Origin: Octopus sinensis
Lineage: Eukaryota
DNA length: 64,000 nt
Direction: 5' to 3'
Assembly: GCF_006345805.1 (NCBI RefSeq)
Contig: NW_021832433.1
Location: 62,001-126,000, forward strand
Below are positions 15,226-29,507 of this stretch, piece by piece; position 1 is the stretch's first letter, and every line of letters begins with the position of its first letter. Both the position numbers and the translations under genes were made by a program. Below the pieces are notes generated by a model. That model worked only from the letters and a program-made list of their open reading frames with translations. It did no database searches and had not been told where the DNA came from.

Positions 15226-15288
15226 TAATAATAATAACGCCGTTGGCATTTTTGTTATGATTTGCACTTCTTCTTCTTCTTCTTCTTC

Positions 15289-15322
<34 letters not shown>

Positions 15323-15333
15323 CATTATTATTA

Positions 15334-15379
<46 letters not shown>

Positions 15380-16022
15380 TCGCTATCTTTGTGTCAGTTT
15401 ATGAGGAAAGTTCTTGTATGATTTAATGTAATAAAACTGTCAGGTTTTGTGAAGAATATTGAAATTCTTATTCTCATGCACACACCCATGCGCACTCAGA
15501 TGAGTCAGCAGCTGGTGATTTATTCATTCGTTACTCTGAGTTTCCCACGTTGCTATTAAGTTCTCTACGCAATTTTCGTTAAGATTAGTTCTCAATGGTC
15601 AAAGAACATGGCCCAGTTGAAATTCTTTCCGGCCTTAAGTCGAACTACAAAGTCGCATGGGAAACAACCAAGCTTTTCGATTTTTGTATCGTTTCAAAAG
15701 GGGAGTTCCAAGAGCTCAGAATATTCCAGGAAATGTGTCCAGTTTAGGCAAAGGTTAACGTTGAGATCTCTAACTGACGCGAATTTCTTCATAAGGACCA
15801 AAGTTTAGAGAGGCAGAAGACAGATTATCACAGATGGACGAAACCCCACTATATTGAATTCAGGAGTCCTTCAGACTACTATTTATTCTAATCCGGGCAA
15901 CCAGTTGATAAAACCTGCATTGAAATTCCATTAATCAAATCTAGTCATACTGCTAATAACATCGAAAATATAGTTATATTTGAACCCACTCTGTTTCCAG
16001 AGTATGTCTACAATATATTTGA

Positions 16023-16255
16023 AGGCGGCGAGCTGGCAGAAACGTTAGCACGCCGGGCGAAATGCGTTGCTGTATTTCGTCTGCCGTTACGTTCCGAGTT
16101 CAAATTCCGCCGAGGTCGACTTTGCCTTTCATCCTTCCGGGGTCGATAAATTAAGTACCAGTTACGCACTGGGGTCGATGTAATCGACTTAATCCGTTTG
16201 TCTGTCGTTGTTTGTCTCCTCTGTGTTTAGCCCCTTGTGGGTAATAAAGAAATAT
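16023..16255 (+). mobile_element. SINE family A, near-consensus monomer with long tail
   Basis: GGCGGCGAGCTGGCAGAAACG...GGTTCAAATTCC-like B box...core...GCCCCTTGTGGGTAATAAAGAAATA. Confidence 0.85.
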
Positions 16256-16392
16256 ATATTTGGAGTTGTTGAGAATGTCGACCTTGTTATGTGCTACTGA
16301 TAGTCTCTTCTGCTTGGAACATGGCTAATAATGATTTATAACACATAACATCTCCGCGCAGTCATCAGTCACAAACTGCATAGTATAACGAA

Positions 16393-16431
<39 letters not shown>

Positions 16432-16456
16432 ATATATATACATATATATGTTTATG

Positions 16457-16517
<61 letters not shown>

Positions 16518-16533
16518 CATATATATGTTTATG

Positions 16534-16568
<35 letters not shown>

Positions 16569-16918
16569 GAAGGTCGTTGAACTCCAGACCGCAACCACGT
16601 CATTTGGATTCCTGGACGGGGGGTGCGTTGTGTTCTTGTGTAAAACACTTCATTCCACATTACTATTTGATCACTTCGACACTTGATGTGTGGCACAAAT
16701 TGCATCTGTTCAGGAAACGTAGATTTGATGGAGGAAGAGAGGTATTGTGCAGCACAATTATTTGATCACAATAAGCAAATGACTTGCGCCGGTTGTTCAG
16801 CAAGGAATGGTAGAGCCCTCTTCTTTGGACTAAGCGCAACTACCATCATATATATATATATAATTATTAATATCGTTATTATTATTATCATTTATTATTA
16901 TTATTATTATTATTATTA

Positions 16919-16955
<37 letters not shown>

Positions 16956-17137
16956 GTATGTATTCGTTAGGTGCAAGAGTCATACTTTACAATTATATCA
17001 GAAAGATTGATATCGTTGTCTGCTTAGGTTTCTTTGATATGGCGATAATGAAATATATTTCAAGGTGTCAAAACATTTTGTTATGCATCTGGTCACAGCC
17101 CATGTTTCAAGGTAAACACACACACACACACACACCA

Positions 17138-17191
<54 letters not shown>

Positions 17192-19055
17192 AGTATATTT
17201 GGCGACTTTTTAAGGTGTAAATGAGAGATGCGATATCATGAAATATGTAATCGATATTCCTGTCTGGAAGGACGTATTTAAAACGTAAAACTCTCACAGA
17301 TATCACATACGAAAAAAGATAGTTCTTTTGATATGAATGTATTTGATCATAGACGATTTTTACAATATCTATACACAGATTCATATATACATACGAATTT
17401 ATATAGGCATGAACACACACACACATACACATACGCACACACACACACACGCCATTTGGGAACTTTGAGAAAGCTTGAAAACTTCTTTTGGAATGGTGAA
17501 TAATAGCGCTTAAGAATCCGTTGTATAGAAAATGTTGAAGGTTGCGTGTGGTATGTGTGTGTATAAATATCATTGCTATCATATTAATGTGCAATATGTC
17601 CAAATTTGGCCAAATGCGTTTTTTCTTTTAATATTTAATTTTTCTTGCAACAAGTGTTTCTCGAACAAGTGTTTCTACCTGATACCTTTGTAGCTTCTAA
17701 GCTGAAGTAAAGACAGTACCTTCTTGGTGATTTTAGGTAAAATTATACTAATGTGTCCATCTGTTTTTATTCAATTTAATTCTATGTACTTATGCAACTG
17801 AGGATTGCTGTGCATGGAAAGTGATTTAATGGTTGCATTGTTCAATGAAATGGAATTGCTTGAAACGATTGTACTGCATTACCTCTGGATATCCTGTTGC
17901 TTATTTTGATTATATATATATATAAATTTGTAGTATAAAATACAGACTCTGAAAATCGTGTGACTCTCAAAGAAAGCTCCTCTTACAGACTCGGCTAACA
18001 ATCCACATAATGATCCAATACAAAGAAATTGAACGTCGAGTGTTCATGCAGGTGAAATCTAGAAGATATGATCGATAAAAATGTTTCATGAAGGCTGTAT
18101 AAACCATAAAATCCGGACTTTATGATTTAAATAAAGCATACCACACACACATACACACACAAGAACGCCTGAATCCTGCCGTCTAACTGGTGTACTGGTG
18201 TGCGAGACGATCATAGTTGATGGTTATGTGAGTATTCACCTCGGAAAATATTTATTTCGCCCCATGTATTGAGTTCTTTCGCTTTTTTTAATTGTTTGTA
18301 TTTCTGTACTTATATATTTAGCCTGTAGTATCACTATATTTACTTTCTAACAATGTAAATATTTTTTTAATGTGAGAGTGTATATTTTTATTCGCCTTTT
18401 GTCTTTTGAGGAATATATTTACTAGTCAAGGCGCCGAAGAAATCACACTTCACATTAATAATTCATACCAGCAGTTGCATTTGTATGCATCTCCCACAAG
18501 CTTTTTTATGTTGATATATATATATCCACATATATATGTACGTGCATATATGTGCATGCATATACAGCTGCATGCGAGTGCGGATCAGATCAGATTCACA
18601 CAATTGTATCTAAAGATAGCCCCCAAGCAATATATGGAAAATTTATATGGAATTGCCAAAATATTTGATCCTCCGGAAAGTGTATATGATATTGCAGATT
18701 GGAAACAATACTTTCTCACGTACACACCTGCATGCATGCAATATATATATATATGTTTATGTATCAGCTGTATATATATATATATATGGTGGTGAGGTTC
18801 ATGTAGAATCGTTTTTTCTAATCTTGTCTCTCATTTGTTTATGCTCTTTGCAACGTGAGATCAAATCATGCCATGGGTAACTAATTCGTTCATCCATCCG
18901 AGGTCGATAAATAAAGTACCACCTCATTGTTGGTATATATACTATCTCCTTTCAGCTGTTACATCTTCAATCTTCTTTTAGATAACCTACTCTTTCATTC
19001 TTATCTCCCACCATAGCACGTTGCAGGACTATGGGGATAGCTTTCGTTTCTCTAC

Positions 19056-19106
<51 letters not shown>

Positions 19107-19477
19107 ATATATAATGCGTGTGTGTACACATGCATTTATATGTAAGTATCTATACGCTTTTATTTTTATACACACACACGCGCGTGCATGCACATGTAGT
19201 TCCGTATTCGCATCCGTGCATATCAAGGATTCTAAAGAATTCATACAAGCAAGATGAGCTGGGCTCTTGTTAAAGCTACGGTTATATGACCAATAAGAGA
19301 CCACCATCACCACCCCCACCAACATCACTACGCCCTACCATTACCCTCAGCATCCATTCTACTGATACCATCGACATGGTATCTTATACCATTTCTATTT
19401 TTCCCAAACGACGCTGCTACCAATGTAACCATCTTAATGCAAAACTTCTGAATATCAATAACCCTCCTTCACGCACA

Positions 19478-19512
<35 letters not shown>

Positions 19513-19694
19513 GAAAGTTAGGAAGACTATGACGTTATTTCTACGAAGAAATCCATGGCAATTGCACAAGTTCCTACACTTCTCACACACTGGTGCAGAC
19601 GTGGATGTGTGGTAGGACGTTTTGCTTCTCAATCACATCGTTCCGGGTTCAATCTCACTGCGTGGACCCTTTGAGATAGTGTCTTCTACTATAT

Positions 19695-19760
19695 GTATAT
19701 GTATATACGTATATATATATATATATTATATATATAATATATATATATACATATATATAC

Positions 19761-19812
<52 letters not shown>

Positions 19813-19828
19813 TATATGTATATATATA

Positions 19829-19861
<33 letters not shown>

Positions 19862-20080
19862 CAAAACATATTACAGACTATATATATATACATATATACA
19901 TTATATATATGCATATAAATTTATGTATATATATATATGTATATATATTTATGTATATATATATATATATATGTAATATATATATATATATGCATATATA
20001 TTTTTGTATATATATATATATATATGGATATATATTTATGCACACACACACATATATATATGTATATATATATATAGTTA
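19695..20080. repeat. Interrupted (TA)n microsatellite
   Basis: Directly visible. Confidence 0.95.
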
Positions 20081-20518
20081 ATCCAAACATGAAGACACAA
20101 AGAAAACACAACAACGTGAGGATGTGGAACAAATATAGTATTAGTGGACGATGCATATATTGAATACGTGTCTGTGCACACGCATGCACGCACATGCACA
20201 CACACATACACATACACACATACAAACACACACACACACACATATATATATATTTATAATGTGTGAAGCATTTGTACATTTTTTACATAAGTTAAACTCA
20301 TGTAGTGGAAAATCTGGAGTATATATATTTATGATACTTCTTGAAACGCTACATGTTTCACGCTTCCGATTGATCAAACGATATTCGTGATGGAACAACC
20401 GGAAATGTAACACACATAGCAACGAGTCAGAAAGAATCAACAACTACTACTACTAGTACTACTACTGATGATGATCATGAAGAGGATATTACATACGTAT
20501 ACGCGTACACACACACAC

Positions 20519-20549
<31 letters not shown>

Positions 20550-20756
20550 GTACATATTGTGTCTTAGTTTCACAAGAAGTTTCCATGCCCTAGCCACCAC
20601 CAAACTGCCCGACGAAGTCTAGCAGCCCGAAACTTCGAAGTCCTTATCACCACTCTTTTTGTAAAAGTAAAACATATATAAACTCCATGGAAAACTATTT
20701 TGGAATCCTTCAGTTGAATGTAAAATTATTTTTATTACTTGACATAAAACAAGCAT

Positions 20757-20797
<41 letters not shown>

Positions 20798-21324
20798 CAG
20801 AGGATGGTATTGGTGCTGGTTTAGCAATTCCTTGCAATCGGTACAGTAACTTAAGATCGATCTGTGCGCGGGTCAAGTGACTGACATTCTTCAGATGTAA
20901 TAGATTCCACGCCAAAGTCTGCAGTAAATACTTGAAAATACATAAAAGAACACAAAACAGAAAAAAAAAAAGTAAGAAACGAGAGCAACCCACCACCACC
21001 ACCACCACCCACCGCAAAATAGAATAAAATATAAACAAATATAACAACATGCAAACAAAAAAAAAACGGAAAACAGAGAATTACATGAAAAAAATGCAAT
21101 ACGAAACGAAAAGTAAGAACAATAAAACAATGTAAAGAAAAACAAGCAACAAAAACAGAAAGTAAAATAAACAAGTAAACAGTTGTAAAAAGAATAAAAA
21201 GAAAGAGTAAGAACGACCAAATATTGAAATATGTGTGTGTTCTGTTGCGTGCGATGTGTATTGTTCTATCGGAATGGTCTTCTGAAGAATGGCTCTGCTG
21301 TGATTCTCATGTCTTGTTTATATA

Positions 21325-21371
<47 letters not shown>

Positions 21372-21523
21372 TATGTGTGTCTATGTGTGTGTGTGTGCGT
21401 GTGTGTGTGTGTATGCGCGCGTGTTGTGTGTGTAATGTTGTGTGTGTGTGTGTGTGTTGGTGTGTGTGTGTTTGTGGATGTTTTTGCGTGTTCGTATGTC
21501 TGCATGAATGCACATACAGTATG

Positions 21524-21569
<46 letters not shown>

Positions 21570-21722
21570 TGTGTGTGTGTATATTTTATATATGTATATA
21601 TGGGAAAAATGTATATGTTTGTGGTGTATGTGTCTATTTATCCCTATAAATATATATATATATATATACACATAGCCCCTTGACAATTTTTCTCATCCCC
21701 TATCTCCGTCTCTCTCTCTCTC

Positions 21723-21753
<31 letters not shown>

Positions 21754-22456
21754 CCACACATATTCACTCTCTTTCTCACACACTATATCCATCTTCCTCG
21801 ACGTCTCTACTTACCAATGTACCATTCCATCAATGCCGTGTGTCTACACATAAGTAATTGTAGAATTATACGAATCCGAAATCTCGAAAGGCACAAACAC
21901 ACAAAACACATTTCTTTCTTTCTTTTTTGTAGCTTTTTTTTTTGGTTATATTTATTTCTTATTTCCTTATATATTCCATTCTAATAAATGTAAATGTCCG
22001 TTGTTCTTTAGTCCTTTAGTCCTCGTAATTTAAACAACAGTGATTATGGCCATGTTGGAGCAATACTATGGGTATATCTGTGCTTCTGTGCTGTTTCTTC
22101 GTTTTTTTTCTCTTTCTTTGTCCTTCTATTAATAAATATGGTATACACGAGTATTTCCCGCCCAATATTATAAAAAGTCCTTCCACCCTTCCTTCCGCTA
22201 CTTCTCACCCTCTTTCTTATCCTCCTCCTCTCCTTATATTTCTTACTTTTCTGCTTCTCCCCGCTTCTGTTGTCGGTAAACCTTGTTTATCAATCAATTG
22301 TTCGATCTATAGATCTTTGATGCAGTCTTAACTATTTATCCAGATACATTTGATCTATATCCCCTTTCGTACACTCTCTCCCTCCATATTTACTGTATGC
22401 ATCCATTATGCTTGTGTGTGCGTGATATTATGCATGTATATGTCTTGTGTGTGTGT

Positions 22457-22502
<46 letters not shown>

Positions 22503-23466
22503 TGCGTGCGTTTAAATAAATCCCGATGTGTGTACCAAAACTGCCAATCTAACACCATTTAAACGGGAATTACCTTAGCCGTTATCGACATCGTCTCCTG
22601 AAGAACGTAATTAGATGTGAAACGATGGGGGCTACGTGAAGACTTCAGAGAAAATAAAAGATTTCTACCACACATTTTAAAATAAAGGAATAATGTTTGT
22701 ATTACAGAGTTTATTTGTTTGCGTTTAGATAAAGAAAAAACATTTCCGCTTGCATGTGTAACCCTAGCTAAAAAAGAAAACGGTGTGCCTTTTAATTTGG
22801 ACTGTCAAAAGTCTTATGTCACCTTGATATAATGGTAATCACATCCTTATGTTTTACAAGAGAAGTAGCATTCACCTCTGTAGGTTATGTTACAGCCTTT
22901 TTGTCTTCTGTATCATATAACATGCTTTTTGAAATAAACATGCTCTGGCTGTCGCACCAGAATTCAAGTTTCAAGGCGCCGTTTGTCAATTCTTTTCTTA
23001 TTCCGTAATTAATATGAAACTCGCCCCACCACCACAAAAACAAAAAACTTCTACTCAATTGAATAAGTATGTTGTGTTCTAACAATTCGCTGTGAATATC
23101 ATTTCCCAACGACATGGTTCTAGGTACAGTCCCACGGCGTCTTTCTGTGACTAAGGGCCGACCAAAGACTTGTGAGTGGAATTGGGAGATCGAAATTGAA
23201 AGAAGCCCGTCGTGTGTGTATTTCATCAAGCTGAACCGAGGAACTACTACATCACTGCTGTCTTAGCTACACTATGCTTCATCAGTTGATCGAAACGATA
23301 TCTAGGGGGAACGCTTTCGATCCCAGCCCTCACGGATCGCTGTTGGGCCAGAGTTGAACAGTAAATACGACCATAATATTATGTAAAAGTAGTAAAGCGT
23401 TGACAAGGAATCTCAATGAATTCCACGTTTCATTGAACCACTTCGATTTCCGTTTTTCTTTTATTT

Positions 23467-23657
23467 CTTTTACGTGTTTCAGTCATCTGACTACGGCCAT
23501 GCTGGAGTACCGCCTTTAGTCGAACAACTTCGACCCCAGGACTTATTCTTTGTAAGCCTAGTACTAATTCTATCAGTCTTTTGCCGAACCGCTAAGTTAC
23601 GGGGACGCAAACACACCAACTTAAATAGTCAAGCGTACAAACACACACATACACAAA

Positions 23658-23704
<47 letters not shown>

Positions 23705-23839
23705 GACGGGCTTTTTCAGTTTCTGTCTACCAAATCCAATCCCAAGGCTTTGGTCGGCCCAAGGTGCCTCGCAGTGGAACTGAACCCGGAACTATGTGGT
23801 TGTTTAGCAAGCTACTTACCACACAGCCACTCCTGCGCC
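23467..23839 (-). mobile_element. SINE family B copy with an internal deletion
   Basis: Same head, body and tail as 4889-5278. Confidence 0.8.
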
Positions 23840-23895
23840 TATTGAATAATATATTATCGAATGATCTACAAGTTCCACCACTGTAGTAATAATTA

Positions 23896-23938
<43 letters not shown>

Positions 23939-24249
23939 TGTAGTAGTAGTAGTAGATTGATAATGATGATTGTGTTGTTGCTGTTGTTATTGTGGTTGTT
24001 GGTATATTTCTTATCGTCGTGTTTGATGTTCTTATTATTATTATATTGCATGTATTATTGATGTGTTTGTTAATACGGTTTTTTATATTATTGTGTTGTT
24101 ACTTCGCTCTAAATCAGGAGACATACCATCACACAGATTCCATCATTACCATTTCATAATTTCCTCTTCTACTCCTACTCTTTCCTTCTCTTTCTTTTTC
24201 GTCATCTTCTCTTTCCCCAACTTTTCTTTTTCGTAAGTAGTCTTCTTTT

Positions 24250-24460
24250 TCTTTAACCTTTTCCTTCTATTTTTTCTTTAAAGTTCTTCTAAATTCTTCC
24301 TCTTCTTTGTGTACATTATTTTTCTTCTACAATCTTCTCCTTCTAAATACTTCTATTCTTCATCTCATAAATTCTTCTTCATCTTCTAAATTCTTCTTGA
24401 CCTCTAAAATTCTTCACCTCCGAAATTCTTCTTCTAAATTCTTCTTCTACATCACACCAT
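24250..24460. repeat. Degenerate TCTAAATTCTTC-type pyrimidine-rich tandem repeat
   Basis: AAATTCTTC(TTC) recurs at short, irregular intervals. Confidence 0.6.
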
Positions 24461-24790
24461 TCTCTACTATATCCAGTTTTAAAGACTAACAGTACGATTC
24501 CAGAGCGATTTGGCTGTTATTTCTTGGCATTTGAGCCAGAAGCTACAGGCTCCTTAGGTGTCCAGCTTCCAATAACATATTGAGGGAAAGAGGGAAACAA
24601 AGTGGGGGACCAATCTTTTCCGAACTTTGTTTTCAGAGGAACCGACATTAACGAAACAATCTCAAATTAAAAAGGAGGAAAACGAGCAATTATATATAAA
24701 AAAGAAAGAAATAAAGGAAACAAAATAAGAAATAGCAGCAACAACAACAACAACATAAATATCGGGGTCAGCAAGGAAATATACCACAAA

Positions 24791-24825
<35 letters not shown>

Positions 24826-25040
24826 AGGTGGAAATAAACTAATAGAAAGAACATAAATATATAAATATATAATATAGACAAGATCAAAGGAATGGAAACA
24901 TGATTAAACGGTTGTCTGTCTGTGTGTATATTGTTAAGTATGTAAGTGAAAAAAGGAACAACAGATGCACACACACACACGTGTGTGTGTGTGTATGAGT
25001 ATATCGGAAGACACGTATATATATGTATATTTCACATAGA

Positions 25041-25086
<46 letters not shown>

Positions 25087-25134
25087 TTTATATATATATA
25101 TATATCGATATATATCTATCTATCTATATATATA

Positions 25135-25210
<76 letters not shown>

Positions 25211-25626
25211 TTTATTGGCACAACATTCTGCTCGCGTTTACATAACATTTATATATCTTAACACGTTTTCTATCGGTTAGTCTATCGTTTATTTTACAAA
25301 ATAGCCGAATAATATTCTGCAGTGTTTTATACGTTATATGAGTAAATATTGTGTGAGTGTTCTGTGACAGTATGAAGTTTAGTAACACGTATGGACTGGA
25401 GAGTTTAAACGATATCCTACTTGTGTTAACGTATCATTTTATACGCGGAAACAGACCTACGTTATAATTGTATCATTTGTTATACCTAACGCACTATTTG
25501 AGATTCATACAGATTTTTGTTTTTTTACATTCATAAAGAGATCACCTTTTCATACGAAACACCCTTTTGCATTTGTAAAAACATCACAAAACGTCGCTTC
25601 AGAAGTGTAAACACGTAATTTTTTAT

Positions 25627-26022
25627 ACTCTTTTACTCTTTTACTTGTGTCAGTCATTTGTAAGGCTAGTACTTATTCTATCGGTCACTTTTGCCGAACT
25701 GCTAAGTTACGGGGACGTAAACACACCAGCATCGGTTGTCAAGCGATGTTGGGGAGACAAACACAGACACACAAACATATGCACACACATACATATATAT
25801 ATATTTTACTATTTTACTTGTTTCAGTCATTTGACTGTGGCCATGCTGGAGCACCGCCTATACATATATACGACGGGCTTCTTTCAGTTTCCGTCTACCA
25901 AATCCACTCACAAGGCTTTGGTCGGCCCGAGGCTATGGTAGAAGACACTTGCCAAAGTGGGACTGAACCCGGAACCATGTGGTTCGTAAGCAAGCTACTT
26001 ACCACACAGCCACTCCTACGCC
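25627..26022 (-). mobile_element. SINE family B copy, rearranged
   Basis: Same family; an extra tail fragment lies at about 25812-25858 inside the internal microsatellite. Confidence 0.8.
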
Positions 26023-26029
26023 TATTCTC

Positions 26030-26178
26030 TGAACAGCAGGGATCGACACCACCACCTGCCGGAGCCTCGTTGAGCTTTAGGTGTTTTTGCTCAAAAAACA
26101 CTCACAACGCCCGGTCTGGAAATCGAAACCGCGATCCTACAGCCGCGAGTCCGCTGCTCTAACCACTGGGCCATTGCG
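26030..26178 (-). mobile_element. SINE family C 5' fragment
   Basis: Reverse complement of the 12747 head and body. Confidence 0.75.
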
Positions 26179-26194
26179 GTAAACACTTCTTTTT

Positions 26195-26830
26195 ATATAT
26201 GCAAGCACATCTCGTTACATGCGTAAGCGCATTAATTTACAATCAGAAGCATTTTCTTAAACACGTACTCTTAATTTCACATACCGAAACACATCTCGTT
26301 GTATACGAAAACACATTTTTGTTACATACGCCAAACTGTATCTTTTACATAAGCAAACGCAACATGTTACATACCTAATCACACCTTGTTACATGAAAAG
26401 CATTTCACTTATGGCAACACATCTTACATGCGTAAACACATTTCGTTGCATACGAAGACACCTTTTGATACATTCGTCAACAAAGCCTTTAACGTAAAGT
26501 CAAACAAGAGTTCTACATACTTAAACACATTTTGTTGCATAAACACACCAGTTTACACACGTGAACACATATTAAAACATTGACCTTAAACATATGAATC
26601 ACTTCGCTGTAATTCATTAACAGAACATTTTACATACACAGACACATCGTTTTACGTAAGCACATTATTTTACGGAGCTTAACCTTCACAGCCATCATTT
26701 CACAAGGTATTATGTACATAATCCAGTGTTTATATATCCGTTAATACATTGTTTTACGCACAACTTCACATTACATTTTTATACTCTCATACAGTGTTAC
26801 ACATATGTTGACATACATGCTTAACATACG
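26195..26830. repeat. Degenerate ~20-23-bp minisatellite
   Basis: Recurring AAACACAT(T/C)TCGTT(A/G)CATACG-like units. Confidence 0.55.
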
Positions 26831-27070
26831 TTAACACAATGGTTTACTTATGCATGCGTAACATTTTACTGTTAAACAACCAATGAAAGTTTGGTTTTGT
26901 TTAGGTTTTATTCGTGTTTTAGCTGAACTATAAGTTATACACTTAAGACAAACTTTAAAGACAACCAATGGATTGTAAACGGTATAAGAAAAGAACTGAA
27001 GGGCAACTATAAATACATTCACTGGAAGTTAAAACTCAAAGACGAGATAATGCAATTCCCTAATAATAAT

Positions 27071-27161
<91 letters not shown>

Positions 27162-27188
27162 TAATAATAATAATAATAATAATAATAA

Positions 27189-27797
27189 TGTGGAGATGGA
27201 CAAGAAACAATAAATCATATTATCTCTGGCTGCCCAGTCCTGGTTAAGAAGGAATATATTCACAGACATGACAGAGTTGGAACCTACATACACTGGAAGC
27301 TATGCCAACATTATGGAATAACAACAGAAAAAAGATGGTATAGGCACACACCAGAAAAGGTCACAGAAAACGAGAAAGCAACCATACTCTGGGATATGCC
27401 GATACACACAGATAGAGAAATTAAGGCCAACAGACCAGATATAGTTGTCAGAGATCATGAAGAAAAAAAATGCTTTCTAATTGATGTATCAATACCAGCA
27501 GATGACAACGTGTCTCTAAAAGAAATGGAGAAACTTTCAAAATACAAAGACCTGGAAATAGAGGTAACCAGAATGTGGAATCTAAAAACAGAAACAATTC
27601 CTATCATAGCATTAGGCATAATAAAAAAATATTCAGACAAATACATAACAAAAACACCAGGACTTACAAACACATATAACATACAGAAAATTGCACTACT
27701 AGGCACTGTACACATCCTACGTAGAACACTTTCCATACAATAACCATCAGAGCATCACAACAAATCACAGCACATACCCAAGGCACACAGAGCTGCG
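27189..27797 (+). mobile_element. 5'-truncated R4/Dong-clade non-LTR retrotransposon (zinc knuckle plus restriction-like endonuclease)
   Basis: Frame open from 27189 to 27743: CGDGQETINHIISGC (partial CCHC)...RHD...IHWKLC...ILWD...RPDIVV...LIDVSIP...KE.EK..KY.DL, the PD-(D/E)xK RLE signature. It starts directly after an (AAT)n tract. Confidence 0.85.
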
Positions 27798-27972
27798 TTT
27801 ACTTGATTGCATCGGTAGCATTACTTGATTCTTACATTATCTTATCGCGCCCCCATCAGAGGAATATAACAATATTAATAACAACAACAATACAATAATA
27901 ACAATATCAAACAATGGTTTAAGGTCTCTGGGAGAGACATGGAACAACTTGCATAAAAATAAAGGAATATCA

Positions 27973-28010
<38 letters not shown>

Positions 28011-28611
28011 TAATAATAATAATAATAATAACAATAATAACAATAATAATAATAATAATTATAGAAAGAAGAAAAAGAAATGAATAAAAGAAAAATAAGG
28101 GTTAATAATACACCCCCGATTTTAAAAAAAACATGCTATAGATTTTCGTTGTAAAATGGTTTTGTACTTACCTCCATTTGACTTCCACAACTTCAGGATT
28201 TCACCAAGTTGGGTGACAACCTCAAAAGAATTGGTGATGTTTACCGAACTGATTTCTTGACCAATCGCTAGATGGCCCTGCAAGGCCTGCAGTAGAGGGA
28301 GAAGAGAATACGTTGATACAATGGCAATGATATAAAATGACATGGGTTAATCAAATTAATCATCTAATGAGTTGACATCATCATAGTAATCGACATCATT
28401 ATCACTAACATCATCACGATCATCGTGATCACTATCATCGGCATTATGATCCATATATTCATCACCAACGCCGCCACAATCATCACCAACGCCGCCACAA
28501 TAGTCGTCAAACTGATCATCCCCACCGCCACAGGTTGTAAAACAATATCAGACAAATGCGTGGTTCGATCTAAAATGCTTTTTATTCGATGACCACGAAA
28601 TAACAGCAATG

Positions 28612-28643
<32 letters not shown>

Positions 28644-28812
28644 TTCTTCTATAGGCGCAAAGCTTGAAATTTTGGGAGATGGCGCTAGTCGATTAGATCG
28701 ACTCCATTACGCAACTGGTAGTTAACTCATCGACCCCGAACGGATGAAAGGCAAAGTCAACCTCGGCGGAATTTGAACTCAGTACGTAAAGACAGACAAA
28801 AAACCGCTAAGA

Positions 28813-29404
28813 TACTTTTGACTGAGTGCAGTGTAATAGCACCAAAAGTGTATAAACGCAGACATGACTCTGTAGGCAAAAGAATGCATTGGGATGTTAG
28901 CCGAGTGTGTGGTTTCAAAGCAACAGGAGAGTTGTATGAACCAGAGGCTGTGATAGAAAATGAGAATTACAAGATCTTGTGGAACTTCGTCATAAAAACT
29001 GACCGTGTTATTGAGGCAAGAAAACCAGACATGTTTATAGAACACAAAATAAAGAAAACAATGCTAAGATGAGAGGTTTTGTTATTCCCTGAGATAACAG
29101 ATTCGATAACAAGGAATTTGGAAACAATTGAGAAATATCAGGATCTAGGCAGAGAAGCGAGGAGTCTGTGGAGGACCAAGGCAACAATTCTTCCAGTAGT
29201 AATTGGTGAACTTGGCACAACACCCTAAAAATGCTACCTAAAAGACTGGGATAGATTGGAATTGAAACTCGCGTTGTCGACTTGAAGAAAATTACCATTC
29301 TATATTTTGCAAGAATTCTAAGCAAGATTCTTGAGATTTGAGGAGACTTGTTGTCACAAAACCCCAGGATAAAATATCTCCAAACTAAATTAGAATGCAC
29401 TAGC
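28813..29404 (+). mobile_element. Decayed 5'-truncated R4/Dong-type LINE (RLE domain plus 3' UTR)
   Basis: YKRRHDSVGKRMHWDV...KILWNFVIKTDRVIEARKPD, with frameshifts; the 3' end runs into (TAA)n at 29405. Confidence 0.8.
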
Positions 29405-29405
29405 C

Positions 29406-29441
<36 letters not shown>

Positions 29442-29443
29442 TG

Positions 29444-29507
<64 letters not shown>

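Noticed and set aside
17984-18050. 63-nt plus-strand open segment between CTTACAG and GTGAAA
   Set aside because: Weak donor and no recognisable protein similarity; expected by chance in 64 kb.
23255-23335. Minus-strand CTGATGA with a short stem, and a nearby GATCGAAA/TTTCGATC hairpin
   Set aside because: No GAAA after the stem; compatible with chance.
26195-26830. CRISPR-like array
   Set aside because: Eukaryotic context, degenerate contiguous units, no unique spacers and no cas genes.
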